Assembly: GCA_020184695.1 (NCBI GenBank)
Contig: JAANOX010000098.1
Coordinates: forward strand, 124,001-188,000
DNA: 64,000 bases
Source of the DNA: Histomonas meleagridis 2922-C6/04-290x
Lineage: Eukaryota; Protista; Parabasalia
Reading direction: 5' to 3'
The position numbers and the translations under genes are program-made. This document shows positions 54,216 to 64,000 of this stretch, piece after piece. Numbering within the stretch: the first letter of the stretch is position 1; the number at the start of each line of letters is the position of its first letter. The notes beneath the pieces were generated by a model that worked only from the letters and a program-made list of their open reading frames with translations, had not been told where the DNA came from and ran no database searches.

Positions 54216-54488
54216 ATATTTCCTTTTATTGTTATATTAATTTCCTTATCAACATCAATATACTTTGGTAATGGAACACTTTTAATATATAATGAAAGTG
54301 ATTTTACAAATGAATATTCAGATTCTGTCATTCATGTAATTATTTTGTGTAACGTTCCAATTTCATCTGGCGAATTCAGTGAATGGCCGCTTTTGGAATA
54401 TGTCCGCATTGGAGGCGCAGTTCCATCGATTGGGGGTTCGGCTTTTTCAAATTGTTATAAGAAAGAAAAATTTATGAATCAGATATAA
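54216..54488 (+). pseudogene. Truncated BspA-like N-terminal fragment
   Basis: IFPFIVILISLS signal-like start on ATA, then LEYVRIGGAVPSIGGSAFSNC (one TpLRR) and an early stop. Confidence 0.6.
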
Positions 54489-54844
54489 AAATAAGTGATA
54501 ATGCGATTAATTTAGTAAATATAAAATTATAAAAGTTGTTTTTAATATTCAAAAAATTAACATAAATGGACAAAGCAGTGTAAGCAAAGAAAGCACATCA
54601 AAAAATGAACCTTATTCAATATAAAACCAAACCAAATTTTTATTGATTTTTTCTTGAGACCTAAAATATTAATATATTTTCATTAAGCTTGAATATTTTG
54701 GTTTATTTGTTATAATGCAATATTAAAATATAACAATGTACGAATAAATTTTTTTTTCCATATGAAACAAAACATAAAAATTAAAAAATATAAATTTTAC
54801 TGAAATTTTTGTATTTAATATTTACTCTTTACATATTATCAAAC

Positions 54845-55468
54845 TTAGCTATTTTTACTCTTTTGGAGATCTCTCTTTTTTTTCTGAATTTTTAAAATAT
54901 TAATAACAAACTTATACAAATTATGAAGACATATCAATGAAACTGATATCACATATATCAAAAAGAATTTTTTGATACTCGAATGATACTTGTTACATAT
55001 TTCTTCATTAAATCTCAACTCATGAGTAAGTTTATTTGATAAAGTATTTACCATTTCATTGATATTTGATTCAGTTTGATTTATTTCATTACAAATTTTT
55101 GGTGTCGAATATGCAAAGCATTTCATATCTAATAAAAAATTTAAAAATATAACTATTAACAAAATTACAAAAGTTAATGTTGATATGGTATATAACACCA
55201 AAGATTCATATGCTGCACCTTTAAAAACATTGCAAAATATAAAGAAAAAAAAGCAATTGGGGTTGCCCATGACATGGTAATCCAAATGTATAAAGTGTGC
55301 AAGTTGTGACTAAAGTTTTCAGGATTTATTGTGTAATCAGGATTTACTCCAATATTTTCCAGATAAAACAGTGAATCCAATACAACCAATGATAATCCCT
55401 GTAATAGATGGGCATTTTATATCAATGCCTAAAAGCATCATACGCTCATCAGAAGAAGAATTACTCAT
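54845..55468 (-). pseudogene. Multi-TM membrane protein spread over three frames (pseudogene or assembly errors)
   Basis: ATG 55468 frame stops early. The hydrophobic sequence continues in ORF 55174..55389 and then in ORF 54845..55285. Confidence 0.4.
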
Positions 55469-55726
55469 TTTCGTAGTACGGTTATTTCTATCGTTCTAAC
55501 AAAAAGTCACATAAACTATACAAAACCTTTTCATTACTATTCACAATTCTGTGTTCTGCAGTTTGAAGCAGAAAAAGTCAGAATGTTATAAATCATTCAA
55601 ATGTAAAAGTGATATGAAAACGTTTATTAAAATAAGAAAAAAATGCTACTGTAAGCGTTCCGATTGCTGAAGTTGTGATGGAAAAAAGGGATTGAATCAA
55701 CAGTTCTTTAAATAAAATTTGGTGGA

Positions 55727-56254
55727 TTACTCGTCAAATTGTAAGTCTGATTGTACATCGCCAAAAAGTATGTCATCATCTGTATCAAAATCTTTGTCTT
55801 GTGAGTCGCTTTCATCACCAGTTGACGATTCATCAGGTTCTTTTATTGTAATAGATTTCTTTTGTGGAGATGGTTGAACTTTTGTCGACGACTTTGGCGT
55901 TTCTTCTTTAGGCAACACTTTTGTGGCCTTTGGTTCCAACTGAGGTTTTGCAGATTCATCTTTGTTATTTGAGGATGAAGATGCAGATTTGGAAGTTAAT
56001 AAGTTTTGTTGTTTGGTTACCGTTGTTTTTGTTTTTGTAGGAGGCGGAGGTGGTGATGAGCGTGCATGTGAATTTCTTTTTGCTTCTATTGATGCTTCAA
56101 AAGCCGAAAATAATCGATCCTTTCGGTCTTGTTCAATATCACGTGATAACATGTGAATCCTTTTATCAATGCATGAGGTTCTGTATTCAAGATCTTCAAT
56201 TCGCTCTAAAATCTCATTTAAAGTGTGGTAGATTCGTTCTTGGATCGGATTCAT
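55727..56254 (-). CDS. Hypothetical protein: N-terminal coiled coil plus P/S/K-rich and acidic tail
   Basis: 175-aa ATG-started ORF with coding-like composition. Confidence 0.65.
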   Translation of the reverse strand: MNPIQERIYHTLNEILERIEDLEYRTSCIDKRIHMLSRDIEQDRKDRLFSAFEASIEAKRNSHARSSPPPPPTKTKTTVTKQQNLLTSKSASSSSNNKDESAKPQLEPKATKVLPKEETPKSSTKVQPSPQKKSITIKEPDESSTGDESDSQDKDFDTDDDILFGDVQSDLQFDE

Positions 56255-56765
56255 CTGGTTGAGGGAGAACCGTTTACTATTTTGTTAAAGTAAAGTTATG
56301 AAAAGTTTCTATTGGCGCCGTTTTTACATCACATGTCGGGGAAAATGTTTATAAAAACAAAATATGGGCTCAACCAAATTAGAAAATCAGAAGTAAATCA
56401 TAATAAGCTTCACTAAATTTTACAATGCCCTAACACAAAAGTTGTTAGAATTTAACGTACTAATTAAATCGGATTTAAATAAATGTTACTACATTTTGAA
56501 TTCAAACCAGAGCTTTCTGGCTTCCTTTAACAAAACAACATAAGTCTCAGTTCTATTGGATAAAAAACTGTAATGATTATTTGAATCGTATTTTACTTTT
56601 TCATACACTTCCAAGTGCAGCACATAACGCATGTTACCAACAAGAACTTGAGCATCACTTTTCTTTCCTCTAAAATTGCTGTCAGAATGTAAACAAATAT
56701 TTATAAATACTCCGAAAAAGAAATATATAAAATGGAAATTTAAACAGAAAAAATGTGGTTATTTA

Positions 56766-57671
56766 TTAGATTTGTTCAAGAAGCTTTACCCTTCTATACT
56801 CATTAGCAATTTTCATTGCATCATCATCTACAACTGCACCGTTCTTCTTCAATTCCTTTATCACATCTATAGATCCACCAGCAATTGCATATGCCATCAC
56901 TCCCAAGCCATCTCTATCTTTTGCATCGACATTAGCACCTCTCTGAATTAAATGTTCAACGCAATTCTTCGCGCCGCAGAACGCTGCAAACTCGAGAGTT
57001 GTTGGGATTTTAGTGAGGAAAATCGTTGGCACAAAGAATGTTGGGTCGATTGTCATATTAACATAAAACTCCTTTTCTTGAAGCTTGGCAACATCATCTT
57101 GCCATATTATATTTCCTATTTCGCCAAATGGCTTTGCATTGGCTTGAGCTTCAAGATCTTCAGAATCCATTGATGACATTCTTTGTAAGAAACTGACAAA
57201 ATTGTAGTTCCTGTGACCAATGGCATATGTCATGTAATAAGAATGGCATTTGTCTGAAAATAAATCTTTGTTACTTTTGAGAATTAATGAACCAAAAGTG
57301 GCAAATGAAAAAACTGAGAGATCAGTGCCTGCGCTGAAGGAGTCAAATCTGTCAACAAGAAAGTCTGTAAGTTTGGATGCATTAAAGTAGCCATTGTTTA
57401 ACAATAATTTTGCAAATTTTATTGTGCTTAAGAAATCTTCATTATTTCCAAAAAGAGCTTCAAGAAGAGGTTTTTCAAAGCCTTCAATAGCAATAGATTT
57501 CACTAAGTTTGCATATAATTGTTGTGAAAATGGACGAATATGAATTAATTCCAAAATCATTTTGATAAATTCATCAAAATTTTTAGCGAGAGATGAGCCT
57601 TTGTATTTTTGACAGATGTCGTCGAATGTTTCCTGATTAATTTCAAGAACTTCATCTGGGATCTGTTGCAT
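56766..57671 (-). CDS. Ankyrin-repeat protein
   Basis: TTLEFAAFCGAKNCVEHLIQRGANVDAKDRDGLGVMAYAIAGGSIDVIKEL. Confidence 0.85.
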   Translation of the reverse strand: MQQIPDEVLEINQETFDDICQKYKGSSLAKNFDEFIKMILELIHIRPFSQQLYANLVKSIAIEGFEKPLLEALFGNNEDFLSTIKFAKLLLNNGYFNASKLTDFLVDRFDSFSAGTDLSVFSFATFGSLILKSNKDLFSDKCHSYYMTYAIGHRNYNFVSFLQRMSSMDSEDLEAQANAKPFGEIGNIIWQDDVAKLQEKEFYVNMTIDPTFFVPTIFLTKIPTTLEFAAFCGAKNCVEHLIQRGANVDAKDRDGLGVMAYAIAGGSIDVIKELKKNGAVVDDDAMKIANEYRRVKLLEQI

Positions 57672-59362
57672 TTATAAAATGAAATAAGAAACGGTTTTTC
57701 AGGTAAATTTGAATGCAAAAATTTGACAAAAATTGGTCGAACAAACATCCTTATCGGCCAACCAGGTTAATAAAAACTCCCAAAATTAAATTGATTTTTG
57801 AAAATCGTTAAAAAATGATTATTTTAGATGCCCTGCTTGATTTTTAAAAAAATTTTTGTATAACATATTTTTCGTATAGATACTGATTAGATTTTGTATC
57901 AAAAAAAATCAATCAATATAGAATGTTATTTTATTAAAATAACTTCACTCAACTTCACAGAAAATTCGCTACAATTCACATTCAATATATTTTATTTAAA
58001 GGTTTTTTCAACAATCTTTTTTATGTTCAGATGATATGAATGTGCGGTTTTTGAATATAAACAATATATTTTTTCTCGAAAACAGTTTCACAAATATATA
58101 TTTAACACATAACTTAACACATATATATTTACTTTCAAATTTGAAAAAATTAATAAACTTTAAAATGAATAGATCTCATCTTTTATTATCCATTACATTT
58201 ATTTAATTAAAATAATTTTTTAGTCTAACATTTTTCAGCACATAAAAAAAATTCGCATTAAATAAAATCTTGATTTATGCTTTCATTATCTGAAAATACA
58301 AGAATAAATTTTTATAAAAAAATATCATAGTTTCAACGAAGTGAAATATTAAAATTTAAATTTATTTTCATTTCTTAAATAATATATTACTCATTTTACT
58401 GCAAAGGAAGTAAAGAAATTAATTTTTGGTCCAAAGAATCCTTGCTTTGAAATTAGATTTATAAATAGTAGGCCCATTCTTTACAGGGCAATAATTACCT
58501 TTTTTGCAGTAAGAACATAAACTTAGGTTCAGATCTTATTTGTCTTCATAAAGCATTAATATTTTTATTTCCAATAAATTTTTAAATCATCTACCTATAG
58601 ATTATTGCAGAAATGTTTGGAATGTTTTCATCAATTGATTTTATTTGTTAAATTAATTTAAAAAAGAGAAAAGCTTAAATCTCAAATAAAAAAGTTTTTA
58701 AATATAATCGATTTTTTTCAAAAGTGTTTCATTAAAGTTGAAATTATTCAATATCGCTATGCAAATGATAGTCGGTGGTTTTGATGAGTACTATGCAAAT
58801 TTAAAATTATATTAATTTCATTAATATTATAACAAAAGTTATTAAAAAACACGATGAATATTTAGCTTTAAACAATAAATTAAAATATATTCTTTAAACT
58901 CTTATCATTAATCATAATAAGAGAAAGTTTAATTTTAAAATTTTAAAATTCCCAAATAATTTGTATACATTACAAAATAAACTATTCAATATATTAAATA
59001 TAAAATATATTTATCTCATCAAATAGCTTATTATTTACGAATTTTCAAAATGAACTATACATCTTTTTGATGGTTATTTATATATATTAAATATCATAAA
59101 AAAACATAGTTAAACTCTTTGTCATTAATTCACAAACAAAGGGGCACCCCTTATTGTTTCTTTTGAACTTCCATTTTTCTGTGGGTGTTCAACGGTTAAT
59201 AAATATTTTTTTCCATACAGTTATACGGTTTTATGATGGGAATTCTATGAAAGCCGATCAAAATTACATTAATTACTCTCAAAAAAATGCGTTCAATTTG
59301 GTTCAAATGGTCCGGCAACCGAAAGATCAGGAATCACCGGAATCATTTTTTTCTGATTACCT

Positions 59363-60829
59363 ATGTCAATAAGTGATAAGCTTCTTGAAACAGATGATGA
59401 AAAAACTTTAGATATTTCCCTTTATGATACAGATGAAGAGAAAGAAAAGAAAAAATTTACAGATCATTCTGCTTTAGTCACGTTTCTTTTGTTATGTATT
59501 GGTCCTCTAGCTATACTTGCGTCTGCTGGTGTTGATGCAGTTGATCAAATTATTGTTTCTAAAGGTCTCAAAAACATTCAACCAGATGTAACTACCATTA
59601 TTGGTTTCGCTTCAATGCCACTCACTGTCCTTACAGCCTTTGGAAACATTTTCGGTCAAGCCTTAACTGTTTACTTATCCAAATTACTTGGTGAAGGAAG
59701 TCGAACAGCAGCTGCATATTTAGCTAACGATGCCATTCGTATAGCCATACTTGCATCCATACCATTTGCCATTATATACAACTTTTTAATCAAACCATTT
59801 CTCCGATTCTGTAACTGTCCGTCACAATATGTCCAAGATGCCTATAACTATCTTCTTCCGTTAGTTATTCTTAATCCATTTGTCACAGTCATTACTGTTG
59901 AAGTCAACTTCCTCCAAAGTATTGGTCGATCAGGTCTTAGTGGTTTATTTAAGATTGCCGCATGTTGCTTAGCCACACTTGTTTTCACACCAATTCTTGT
60001 ATTTGCCTTTAAGGCCACTTCAAAGTATCTTAAATTAGCAACAGGACTTTCAGAAGTGATTATTTCAATTCTCTTATTCATATTAATTTACTCCGGAAAA
60101 TTCTCACTAAAACTTAACTTTAGAATGTTAATCGAAAAGCCGCACAAAGAAATCCTTAAAGCGTTAGTTTTAAGTTTACCAATAGTTCTTCAATTACTTA
60201 ACATTATATTACCACCATCCATTGTCATTAAATCACTTGCGAAAGTTGATGCAGAGCATAGTGATTTAGTTGGAAGTGCATTTTCGTCATTTAACAGAGT
60301 CAATTCCATATTACTTGCATTAGTCGGATTATTTACTGCTGGTTTCATGTCGGCTGCAACGCATGCATTTGGATCAAAGAACTATAAGCGGATGTTCCAA
60401 TTACTTGGATGGGCATTATTATTCTCATTTGTATGCGTAACAATTGTCAGCGCAATTGTTGTATTTGGCCCTGGTGTAATCAATGGAATGTTTCTGAACA
60501 CTAAGGAAGAAATAGATTACGCTAATAGGATGTTGCCTGTTCCATTTTATACTTATTTGTTGAATGGATTATCAATGCCTTTAGGCGTGTTTTTAATTGT
60601 GATTGGAAAACCAGTCTTCAGTATCATTGGAATTGCTCTTCAAATGATTTTGATTTGCGTCGGTGCGGATTTGTTGGCAAGGTTCCAAAATGATGCAATT
60701 GTTGTCATGCATGCATATAATATCTCGAATGTGGTAATGTTTTTGGTGTTTGCTTCATCATTTTTGTTCTACTTTTGCAGGATGAAGAAAAACAACCAAG
60801 TGCTAACGGATGAAAGCCAAAACATTTAA
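59363..60829 (+). CDS. MATE-family (MatE) multidrug/efflux transporter
   Basis: About 12 TMs in two repeats. DAVDQIIVSK, GQALTVYLSKLLG, AYNYL, LQSIGRS and ATHAFGSKNYKR are typical of MatE. Confidence 0.88.
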   Translation: MSISDKLLETDDEKTLDISLYDTDEEKEKKKFTDHSALVTFLLLCIGPLAILASAGVDAVDQIIVSKGLKNIQPDVTTIIGFASMPLTVLTAFGNIFGQALTVYLSKLLGEGSRTAAAYLANDAIRIAILASIPFAIIYNFLIKPFLRFCNCPSQYVQDAYNYLLPLVILNPFVTVITVEVNFLQSIGRSGLSGLFKIAACCLATLVFTPILVFAFKATSKYLKLATGLSEVIISILLFILIYSGKFSLKLNFRMLIEKPHKEILKALVLSLPIVLQLLNIILPPSIVIKSLAKVDAEHSDLVGSAFSSFNRVNSILLALVGLFTAGFMSAATHAFGSKNYKRMFQLLGWALLFSFVCVTIVSAIVVFGPGVINGMFLNTKEEIDYANRMLPVPFYTYLLNGLSMPLGVFLIVIGKPVFSIIGIALQMILICVGADLLARFQNDAIVVMHAYNISNVVMFLVFASSFLFYFCRMKKNNQVLTDESQNI

Positions 60830-61388
60830 CATGATAAAATTTTATAAAATTTATAATAATTCAATTTTTTTCTGAGATTTTATTCTATGAGGTTTATCAA
60901 AAGTATTTATTTCTGAGGGAATTCGTAAACGATAATGTGGCATAAAATTTTAGACACTTTTGAGATCCAACCGTAAAATCTTGGGTAAATTTGAGTTCAA
61001 AAAGTTGACACACCCGCTCAAGTAACTTACTGTTTAGTCATTTAACGGTTTTGTCTTGGATTAGATTATCGTTTAATGTTTGGCGTTGAAGAATGATCTT
61101 TTATTTTAGTCCAATATATTTAAAAAAAGGTTTATTGTGCTTACGTCCAAAAGAAATTTAAGTGCTGTTTTATGTGGGCAATGAGGGTGAAGAAATTCTT
61201 GTGGTTGTGGGCGAAGGTAAACGCCACAGATTTTATGTCCACGATGATGGTTTCAGAGTCATAATTTTGACCAAATTGAAAATTATCGAAACGCTGTCAA
61301 ATTTCAGAGCATTCAATTGGCACCGTTGAAAAAATTTTGCCTTTTGGCTGCGGTTGTATTGTCCATTTTTTTATAATACATCCTCCAG

Positions 61389-61916
61389 ATGGAATGCAAC
61401 AACGATTTTTTATCACTTTACCTGTGTGTGCCAAAGAAATATACAAGACGTATAAATATCATGAAAAGTCAAAAGATTAATACATTACAAAAAAGATTCC
61501 CAAATGACCCAAAAAAATTCATTTTCAACGGACAGTACCTTGGTGAGGAATTTACATTTGATTTTTATGGAATGAAAAATCATGACATTATCGTTGCAGT
61601 TCCAGATAATTGCAGTTTTGACTTTTATAACAGTAATTGGATTCATGTTTCGAAAGATGCTGATGATATAGCAGATCGGATTTCAATTTCATTGAATTCC
61701 AAAACTCGGCCAGAGGCAAACCGACTCAGAGACCTAAAGTTTATGACACTGGAAAGAAGGCCAAGGCTTTTCAGAAAGATGTGCTCCGCAATTGACAGAT
61801 CAACAAATAATTTTCCAAAGGAAGTCTTTACAAATACGCAAATAGACTTTCCTTACACAGATTCTCCTTCAGTCCAAGCACTTCCTGTTTGCTGGGACGA
61901 GAAAGATTATAACTAA
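61389..61916 (+). CDS. Ubiquitin-like-domain protein; paralog of 8333..8881
   Basis: Long identical blocks shared with the 8333 ORF, e.g. QKINTLQKRFPNDPKKFIFNGQYLGEEFTF. Confidence 0.7.
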   Translation: MECNNDFLSLYLCVPKKYTRRINIMKSQKINTLQKRFPNDPKKFIFNGQYLGEEFTFDFYGMKNHDIIVAVPDNCSFDFYNSNWIHVSKDADDIADRISISLNSKTRPEANRLRDLKFMTLERRPRLFRKMCSAIDRSTNNFPKEVFTNTQIDFPYTDSPSVQALPVCWDEKDYN

Positions 61917-62084
61917 TGTATGTATATAAATTATAGGTTTTAATAATAATTTCATTTCCGATGAGAATTATCATTACATTTTCATTGTTTCAGCCAATAT
62001 GTTTATTTGTTGTGTTTAATTTCAAGTAATTTTTTAAAATTTTTGGCAAAAATCGAATTCGATTTCATATCACATTTCACAAAA

Positions 62085-64000
62085 ACGCAAAGAGAATTTT
62101 CATGTTTACCTATCAATCTCCTCAAGGAAAATACAATATCTTCAGATAGTAGTAACGGCAAAATAACTACCCTTGCTAAGCATGGAAATAACTTGGTCGT
62201 TGGCATGAATCCAAATATTATTTATCAATTCGAAATATCAATTGCAAATTTAGCAGATTATAAAATATTTAAAACCAAAAAGATAAATTTGAGTACAGCA
62301 TGCAATTACATAAAAGATATACAATCATTCAGTAATTTCCTTTTGGTTCTTGTCATAATAGATAAAACCAAAACTTTAATAAAGCTCACAGATGATGGCC
62401 AAGCATCAATTATTCAAAAGAACGTAAAATTTTTTACGACTAATCAATATTCTGATCACCAATCAATTGTAATTGTTGATGAAAAACGAATCACAATTTT
62501 GGAATACAAAGACAAAAAGTGGACAAAGATATTTGTAACAGAATTTAGTGATCAGTGTTTATCTGTTTCCTATACATATCCCTTATTATTTTGTCTTTCA
62601 CAAACTCTTATTCGAATTATTAATATCACCACTAATACATCCAATTCATATCAAACAGTAAGTTCTATAACACAATTTTCTTTTCCTGTTTCTCCCACAA
62701 CATTTTTTCATTCAAATGGATTTTCTTCCATGATAATTGATTCGAATTTTAGATCCAATTTACCACCCAAAGTTTTTCAAGATAAACCAATCTCCCATTC
62801 CCATATCGGTAACTTATTTGCATCTGTCTGCAATGGCCAAATTCATATTTATGACTTCAATCAGACGTCAACGACCGTTATCATGAAAAGTGCCACAAAA
62901 ATCATTTCATTTGAAGATAATTTCATAGCATGTACGCCTACAGATATCAAACTAATTTTTGAAACTACAACCATTGTTAATAAAGTTTTTAAGAATCCTG
63001 ATTCAATATCAACAAATTTCAATATTCTAATTTCCATTTTCGAACAATATTGGCTTAAGAACAAACAAGAAAACGCGTTATTTCTATTTAAGACGCAAAC
63101 ATTTCGTAATAATCTTCAAGAATCGTTAAGTATTTTTCCATTTTTTAAATTCTCACAACAATTTACACATTCGATTACATTCGACAACATCACAAACAAA
63201 TCGAAAGAACTTTTATTACAAATTCTATTTGAAATAAGACGAAAATCACATTCGATTAATACTGAAGTCATTGATACGTCAATCGTAGAATTACTTGCAA
63301 TGAATGAAGACATTCCGAAATTTAATGAATTCCTCGAAAATAATCCGAAGTTTGATCACGAATCACTTTCATTGTTCTTTTCGGACAAAAATCGCAACAA
63401 AATTTATCCAATTTATTTATGTTCAATTGATAAATTCGATAATGCAATTGAATGTTATAAAGAACAAAATAATTTCGAAGAAGTAAAAAAGATTATTATG
63501 TTACAATCAAATGATTTTACATTTGTTAAAAGACATTTTCCTTATTTAGTGAATGTAAATCCATTTAAAGCATGTGAAATATTTTCTTGTAATAAAATTT
63601 CACCTGCAAAATCAATTAAATATATTAAAAAGAATTATCCAGACTTATACTTAATCCTTATCTTTAACTTAATATCACATGAAAATGTATTTAATAGAAA
63701 TTTTCTAATTAAAGATTTCTTGACGCAAATTGTCGATATGATGAATAACGGTGGAAAAGTGGCATTTCATAAATATTTACAAAAAAGTGAGAAAGTGGCA
63801 GATGATGAAATAGCAAGTGAAACAAATAAGTTATTAATTGAATTCATCAGAAGATATAAATCTATTATTGATACGGGGTTATTAATAGGATTAATCCCAA
63901 AAATATCTTCAAATAATGCAAAAATCGAAATTTATAAGGCATGCAATTTATACGATAAGGTAATGGAATTGATTTGGAATGAAAAAGATGGACCTTCAAA
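62085..64000 (+). CDS. Vps39/Vam6/TGFBRAP1-like protein (CNH propeller plus alpha-solenoid), 3'-partial; not in the ORF track
   Basis: Manually read frame open from 61965 to the window end. KITTLAKHGNNLVVGMNPNIIYQF resembles the CNH first blade, and IDTSIVELLA...DKFDNAIECYK resembles the Vps39 solenoid. First ATG is 62205; ACG at 62085 is the proposed start. Confidence 0.6.

Noticed and set aside
55477-55507. GT...TTCTAACAAAAAG resembling a short trichomonad intron
   Set aside because: It lies on the + strand in a promoter region with no flanking + strand exons.
57700-59350. 1.6-kb extremely AT-rich gap as a possible mobile element
   Set aside because: No terminal repeats, ORF or internal periodicity seen.
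1159-63486. Numerous 60-130 aa ORFs antisense to or nested in long genes
   Set aside because: Expected shadows of AT-rich coding sequence, with no motifs.

Overview
Very AT-rich, gene-dense eukaryotic genomic DNA with essentially intron-less CDSs. It most likely comes from a parabasalid (trichomonad; Tritrichomonas/Histomonas-like). This is inferred from BspA-like LRR surface proteins, DUF3447-type ankyrin genes, TCA(T/C) initiator-like elements just 5' of ATGs, and TAA stops often followed by A (the UAAA poly(A) signal). About 33 genes or gene relics are present. They include housekeeping genes (RRP42, B9D2, PRC1/ASE1, Tubby-like, Rab-like, L-type lectin, karyopherins, Nup155, SAPS, UBR E3, mucolipin, C9orf72-like, cofilin, MATE, Vps39-like), a bacterial-type uridine kinase, three BspA loci and an ankyrin pseudogene. 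No tRNA, rRNA, CRISPR array or transposase was recognised. Most notable: (1) a GC-rich, UUCG-capped structured-RNA candidate at about 13651-13747; (2) a MATH-domain plus catalytically dead PPP phosphatase fusion; (3) several genes with a near-cognate codon (ACG/ATA/TTG) where the initiator is expected; (4) conserved 63-nt in-frame inserts in ankyrin repeats; (5) a dispersed 53-bp noncoding element. All family calls are by-eye motif recognition, not database searches. Some anomalies could be assembly errors.
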